From the NCBI GenBank assembly GCA_051599415.1, contig AP039696.1, positions 1 through 64,000 of the forward strand: DNA of 64,000 nt, written 5' to 3'. Positions 63,152 to 64,000 of this stretch are shown in pieces. The stretch comes from Savitreella phatthalungensis (Eukaryota). Under the pieces are notes generated by a model. It did no database searches and was not told where the DNA came from. It was given only the letters and a program-made list of their open reading frames with translations. How positions within the stretch are numbered: position 1 is the first letter of the stretch; each line of letters begins with the position of its first letter. The translations under genes and the position numbers were made by a program.

Positions 63152-64000
63152 ATGACAGGCGGGCTTGTGCAAAGCTATAGCGATTCGCCGCTGCGGCCGC
63201 CTACACAAGCAGGCCCAGCGCATGAAGCTTCATCATCTCAGGCACCACAGCAACAGTTGACAGGCACGGCCGAGGCAGCAAGACCTGCGCAAGCTCCTCC
63301 AACCTCCGCTGTTGCCAATGTATCCTCAGCCAAGAACGACTCTATCAGCAACAACCCATACACACCAGCATCAGCACCTGTAGGCCATGCATATAGCGGT
63401 GCATCTGGCCATGCGTCGATTGCGATTAACGGTGCTCTACCGAACGCTGCCGCTCCACAGATCCCCGGGCAACCATACGACCCGGTCGGGCAAGGACTCT
63501 CTAACCACTTTTCAACACCCCCGAAAGCTGATACAGGCCTACCGCCTCCACCGCCACGCTCTGGATCGAGGCCATCGACACCGAGTCGTGCAACCTCTTC
63601 CGTCAGCGGCAAATACGTCGCCGACCCGAGCATTTCTGGCAGTAACGCAGATATGTATGGGCACGCAATACCGGTGCAGCAGCAATCGCAGCCTGCTTAC
63701 GGCGGATATGATGCTCAGCAGGCATACGGTCAGCAGGCAGCATACGGCCAGCCTCAGGCGTACGGCCAAGCGCAGGCATATGGCCAGGTGCAGGCTACAG
63801 GAGGTGCTAACCTGATCTCTCCGGCCGGGTACGCTCAAAATCCATTGGCGACTGGTCACACGTCTTCTGGCGGGCGCGATACGCCTGGAACTGCCGGGTA
63901 CGGCGGTACCGGTGGTGGCGGGCTATCGGCCGTGGATGGTTTCAACGAAGTGCTCGGAGGAGACAAGACTGCAACCGAATACGCCAAGGAAGTCTACTCA
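63152..64000 (+). CDS. Low-complexity Pro/Gln/Gly/Tyr-rich hypothetical protein, truncated by the window end
   Basis: Manual translation from ATG 63152 (MTGGLVQSYSDSPLRPP...) stays open for 283 codons to base 64000. Absent from the ORF track because it has no stop. Confidence 0.8.
   Translation, partial: MTGGLVQSYSDSPLRPPTQAGPAHEASSSQAPQQQLTGTAEAARPAQAPPTSAVANVSSAKNDSISNNPYTPASAPVGHAYSGASGHASIAINGALPNAAAPQIPGQPYDPVGQGLSNHFSTPPKADTGLPPPPPRSGSRPSTPSRATSSVSGKYVADPSISGSNADMYGHAIPVQQQSQPAYGGYDAQQAYGQQAAYGQPQAYGQAQAYGQVQATGGANLISPAGYAQNPLATGHTSSGGRDTPGTAGYGGTGGGGLSAVDGFNEVLGGDKTATEYAKEVYS

Noticed and set aside
1..64000. tRNA, rRNA, CRISPR arrays, intact transposons
   Set aside because: No cloverleaf, rRNA signature, repeat-spacer array or transposase/RT ORF seen by eye; tRNAscan-SE and Infernal were not run.

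Overview
This is the left end of a fungal chromosome. Bases 1-55 are an untrimmed Oxford Nanopore adapter plus native barcode, joined directly to about 160 bp of (CCCTAA)n telomere. A roughly 1.2-kb G-poor, CpG-depleted cryptic-repeat subtelomere follows, then about 34 tightly packed and mostly intronless genes. These include BAG, TeaR-like, VAM7, class II aldolase, F-box, DEAH helicase, MAK11, STB3, MED4, OSCA, phytase, MSH3, SPP1, aromatic amino acid decarboxylase, dehydroshikimate dehydratase-like, dynactin p62, GH5, TEF1, YCG1, ING, 2OG-oxygenase, CLU1, ARC15, DNAJC7, SIP3, NSE3, MDR dehydrogenase, VPS21, RPS7, SLP phosphatase and KRI1. Gene content and compactness suggest an early-diverging ascomycete, possibly Taphrinomycotina (inference only). 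The most striking unexplained signal is a multi-hairpin RNA with a perfect 8-bp pseudoknot in the oversized RPS7 intron. Other notable signals are CpG decay confined to the subtelomere, stop-to-stop gene packing, and several odd splice configurations. All gene calls rest on motif recognition; no database searches were run.
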